A DNA stretch of 63,963 bases, the filler included, from Reclinomonas americana ATCC 50394 (Eukaryota), in the NCBI GenBank assembly GCA_048213135.1. It is 12 parts of 9 records of this genome, joined end to end, with 100 filler letters (N's around TTAATTAATTAA, not from the genome) between each part and the next. Parts side by side here need not be neighbours in the genome. Positions count along the whole stretch, not along the records: positions 59,089 to 62,641 come from AFZH01016335.1; positions 62,742 to 63,963 come from AFZH01016344.1; 10 more parts are not named here. One strand, 5' to 3'. The notes beneath the pieces were generated by a model. That model saw nothing but the letters and a program-made list of their open reading frames with translations. It was not told the DNA's origin and ran no database searches. Made by a program: the position numbers and the translations under genes. This document shows, piece after piece, positions 60,008-63,963 of the stretch; within the stretch, counting starts at the first letter, position 1; each line of letters starts with the position of its first letter.

Positions 60008-62508
60008 ATGAGGTGGACTGTGATGTTGTCAGGTGGCATTCTCACTCTCACTCTCACTCGCGCTTCTGCTTTTGCCTCTTTGGTAACAGTGCTCCTCGGA
60101 AGAAAGCATTCGAGATGGCGAAGGATGGCGATGTGAAAGCACTGCGCGAGTTGGTGGCGCGTGAGGGCGCACAAACACTGCTGAAGAGAGAGGAGATGGG
60201 AAGTGCTGGCTGGTCGGCATTTTTCTGGGCCGCTCGGAGAGGCCATCTCCCTGTGTTGGAGTATTTGTGGGAGGAGAGTGGTGTCGGGCCACAACTCGCA
60301 CAGATGACCGACAACGCTGGCTGGACGCCACTGATAGTGGCTGCCTACTGTGGGCGCCTGCAAGTGCTGGAGTGGTTGCTTGCCGATGAGCGACGATGTC
60401 CGCCGCAGATGGTGCGGGCGGTCACCAATGATCATGCCAGCTATCCACAGTCTACTGCTCTGCATTATGCTGCCGCGGATGGCCACGAAGCCATTGTGCA
60501 ACTCCTCGCCACTCGCTATCCCGACCTCATTCCCATGGTCAACAAGTCGGGCAAGACAGCGGCTCAGTGGGCACGCGAACGAGGCAAGCAGCAAGTGGCC
60601 GACTTGCTCGATCGCCTCGCTGCACAACAAGCACCACCACGCCAACAACAACAACAGCAGCCGCGATCCCCGCCTCCTGCAGGTATGACCTCTATTATGT
60701 CTGTTGGCATAATGTGTTCGTGCTCACGCTCCACCACCTGTGGTTTGTCCTGGTGTGTCGTTTCTGGCGAAACATTCAGTGCCAGCACGCCAGGTGAGAC
60801 GGAGAGCGCCACTCTCTCTGCTTCTTGTTGCTCGTGAAACTCACTTCTCGCATCCGTTCCGTGTCTCCCTCGCACTCTCGTAAATATACAGTCGGATGTT
60901 GATGACCCCACCGTCGCACGCCAGCTCGCCGACAAGGACGCACTCCTTGTGCAACTCCAGCGCGATCTCACCGCAGCACAGCAGGAGCGAGAGCAACAGC
61001 AGCGGGAGTGGGACCGACAGCGACGAGATCTCGAAGACATTGTCGCCCAACTACAGCAAGCCAATGCAGTGCTCGAACAGGGGAGGGCCGAGGAGCAGGA
61101 GAAGAATGCCCAAATTCAGCGCATCAGCACTGAAAGCCAGCAGCAAGTCGCCCAACTGCAGGAGGTGGTCGGCGAATGGCGACGAGCTCATGCCAGTGAG
61201 CAGCAGAAGAATGCCCAACTTCAACAAGCCAGCACGGAGTGGCAGCGTGCTCATGCCAGCGAGCAGCAGAAGAATGCCCAGTTGCAGCAATCCAATGCGG
61301 AGTGGCAACAAGCTCATGGCCAACTGCAGCAAGCTCATGGCCAACTGCAGCAAGCTCACGGCCAACTGCAGGCTCTGTTGACTGCAGCTCTGCTTGACAA
61401 GGACTCTCTCACCGCACAGCTGCAAGAAAGGGATCAACTCATCTCCCAGCTGCGACAGGATCTTCTCCTCACCCAAGGTGCGTCTCTCGTCCTCTTTCTT
61501 TCTTCATGTCAGTGTTCAACGTCCTCCATTCTCACCCATCTCTGTCTTCCCATTACCCACTCTGCCACAGTCGACACCGCCGTCCAGCGTTTCGAGTGGC
61601 CCGAAATCATGCAAGCCACCGACTCATTCTCCCCACGCCTCAAGGTCGGCGAAGGTGGCCAGGGTGCTGTCTTCGTCACTCTGCTGCGCGAGATGCATGT
61701 GGCCATCAAGGTCCTCGATCCCGAGGCACCGTGGACGATGGAGTCGTTTGAGAGTGAGGTCTGTGACTCTCTTCCTCTCCTTATTCTTCCCTAGGCCTCT
61801 CCTTCTCTCCTCATGCTTGTTCCGTTTGCACAGGTGGCAACACTCGGACGCCTGCGTGACCGTCGCATTGTGCCTCTTGTCGGCTACTCGGTTGGCGACG
61901 ACAAGGCACGCTGTCTCGTGTACAAGGCCCTGCAGTGCGTGTTCCTCTCTGTCGCCTTCTCATCCATTATCGTCTCACTGTGAAAGCACACAGAGTTCCC
62001 AACCTGGAGGATCTCTTGCTGCTGCCCCGCGCCGGTCGTGCACCACTCACGGTCCTGCAGCGTGTGCAGATTGGTCTCGGACTGGCCGAGGCTGTGGTGT
62101 TCTTGCACAAGGTCTGTGCGATGTGGAAACCATCCTCCATCTCCCGTTCAGCCTCTCCGTCACCCGAGCTCTCAGTTCTGCACTCTCTTCCTCTTCTCTC
62201 CTCGTCACTCTTTCGCTGTTCTTGTCTCTCCCACTCTCACCTATTCTCTCTGAATAGCCCTTGCTATCTATTCATGCCCTTTTCTCTCCTCTCTCCTTGC
62301 CGCACTCGTGCTGTTCGTGTCTCTCCAAGTGTCTCTGACTTTCTCATTTTCGCTGCTGTTTCTCATGCTTTGTTCCTTGCCTCACTTGCCAGTCTCGCAG
62401 AATAAGGTGGTGCACCGCGACATCAAGCCCTCCAATGTGCTTCTCGATCACCGTTTCGAGCCATGTCTCGGTGACTTTGGCATTGCACGGTCGATTGCCG
62501 ATGGCAAG
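60008..62508 (+). CDS. Ankyrin repeat + coiled-coil + RLK/Pelle(IRAK)-like kinase, paralog 2 (last kinase exon absent)
   Basis: In-frame exons: 60008-60012, 60090-60682 (ANK), 60780-60793 (14-nt microexon), 60892-61477 (coiled coil), 61571-61758 (FEWPEIMQATDSFS..KVGEGGQGAVF..VAIK), 61834-61934, 61994-62111 and 62401-62508 (HRDIKPSN, DFG). Confidence 0.88.
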
Positions 62509-63118
62509 GTTTGTTGGCTTTCGTTCTCTCTCTCTCTCTCTCTCTCTGCTGTACCGTACATCCGCCTTGGCCGTACAGCAGAACAAGCACCACCACGCCA
62601 ACAACAACAACAGCAGCCGCGACTCCCCGCCTCCTGCAGGTNNNNNNNNNNNNNNNNNNNNNNNNNNNNNNNNNNNNNNNNNNNNTTAATTAATTAANNN
62701 NNNNNNNNNNNNNNNNNNNNNNNNNNNNNNNNNNNNNNNNNAACAGTAGTTTTGCGAAAGAAAAAGCAATGGCCGGCGGTGTTTTTTTCTCGACTGACCC
62801 TCACAGAGCATGAGTCGTTCCCCCCTCCACACACGCGTATCGAGCTGCAGTGAGGCATGCCTCGTGTTGCATGCCTCACTGTTTGTACAGTATAATAGTT
62901 GATAGTCGCGTGTTTTTTTCGTCCTCCTCGAATCGATACTCATTTGTTTCTTGCGCTCTTGTGTGTTTGTTTGCTTGTTTGCGTGTGTGTGCTTGCTTGT
63001 GCATGTACTCGCCTTCCCCCGCTTGTTCGCCGTTTATCGACATTTGCTGCTGTTGCTGGTTGCGTTTGTTCCCTCTCGCCCTCCTCTCCTCGGCTGTCTT
63101 CACGTTTTCCTGTTGTAG

Positions 63119-63886
63119 CACAAGAATGGGGGCGCCATCACGAAAACCACTCTGCAGTATCCCGGCTCCGACTTTCTCATCGAGTTGTACTCCGACATGC
63201 ACGCACAACACGCCAAGCTCGTCTCCATGACGCAGAACCTGAATGGTGTCATTATCTGCTGCGACGAGGCGCTCCATCGAGCACTCCTCTCCGACCACCC
63301 ACAAGTCACACCGTGCGAAAGTTGCGCTCCGCCTGCGTGCGCCGCGTTGCCCCTCCTTGTCGCACTCATCTCAATGTCACTGTGCACAGAACCCTGGTGG
63401 GCCGAGGCAATCGACGGCAAGCGGGGACAGCTGGGCAGCTGCGTGTGCGCCACATCGCCCGATCAGCAGAGATTCTACATCCTCGACTCGGAGCACCATC
63501 CCAGCCTGGGGAGGCGACTTGACCCAGTGGCCGCCATCTCTGTCAACGTACGCAACGTTGGCTCGTCGCTCGAGTACTGGACCGGCATGCTGTCGATGAG
63601 ACCACAGGTTTGTGCGCGGTCTTGTGTGCATCTCAATCCCCGCCTTGCCTCACGCGTCTCACTCGACTTGTGTGTTCGTCGCAGCTGTCGAGACCACCAG
63701 AGGTTGCGGTGTGCTCGTACAACTCATCGCAGTGCATGCTGGTGCTGCAAGAGGTCGATCAGTTCGTCTCTGGCAAGTTCAGCGACTGTCAGTTGGGTCT
63801 CGTGGCAAACTCACCGAGCGATGTGGAGCGGAGAATACGAGAGGGCGGGTTCAGCATTCAGGTGGACTCGGGCACCTTGGGCGATG
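63119..63886 (+). CDS. GLOD4: Glyoxalase domain-containing protein 4-like (VOC fold), internal exons
   Basis: Three in-frame exons give ITKTTLQYPGSDFLIELYSD...SPDQQRFYILD...DPVAAISVNVRNVGSSLEYWTGMLSM...YNSSQCMLVLQEV. This parallels GLOD4 (KTMVG..[51 protein letters not shown]). The ORF track misses it. Confidence 0.75.
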
Positions 63887-63963
63887 GTGCGTACCGCGCA
63901 CGCAACTCTCCTCCCTCCCTGTCCACACACAGAGAGACTCATGCCACTGTGCCTGCCTGCAGG

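Overview
This is a eukaryotic (protist-like, probably flagellated) draft-assembly window made of 12 sequence pieces joined by artificial N-TTAATTAATTAA-N linkers, with 454-type TACG artefacts at several ends. Most of it is intron-rich host DNA with GC-rich exons and GA/CT microsatellite-rich introns. The host genes are a long ankyrin-repeat gene, TMEM231, a large CEP192/Spd-2 gene, the last exon of a PP2C phosphatase, a Kelch-repeat gene, a tandem pair of RLK/Pelle(IRAK)-like kinase genes (the fuller copy is ankyrin + coiled-coil + kinase) and a GLOD4-like gene. The standout is 49859-58988, two intron-less, gene-dense pieces that look like an endogenous DNA virus of the Polinton/Maverick, Polinton-like virus or virophage type. 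They carry a stand-alone Polinton-type rve integrase with an HMGN-like RRSSRL tail, a 937-aa mosaic phage-like fibre, a DUF5760-like giant-virus protein, a small Zn-binding protein and a membrane-anchored Pro/Thr-stalk protein. Five of their genes share a (T/C)ATCA motif just upstream of the ATG. No capsid, pPolB, packaging ATPase or terminal repeats are visible, so the element's class and whether it is integrated remain unproven. All family assignments come from motif recognition by eye, not from database searches.
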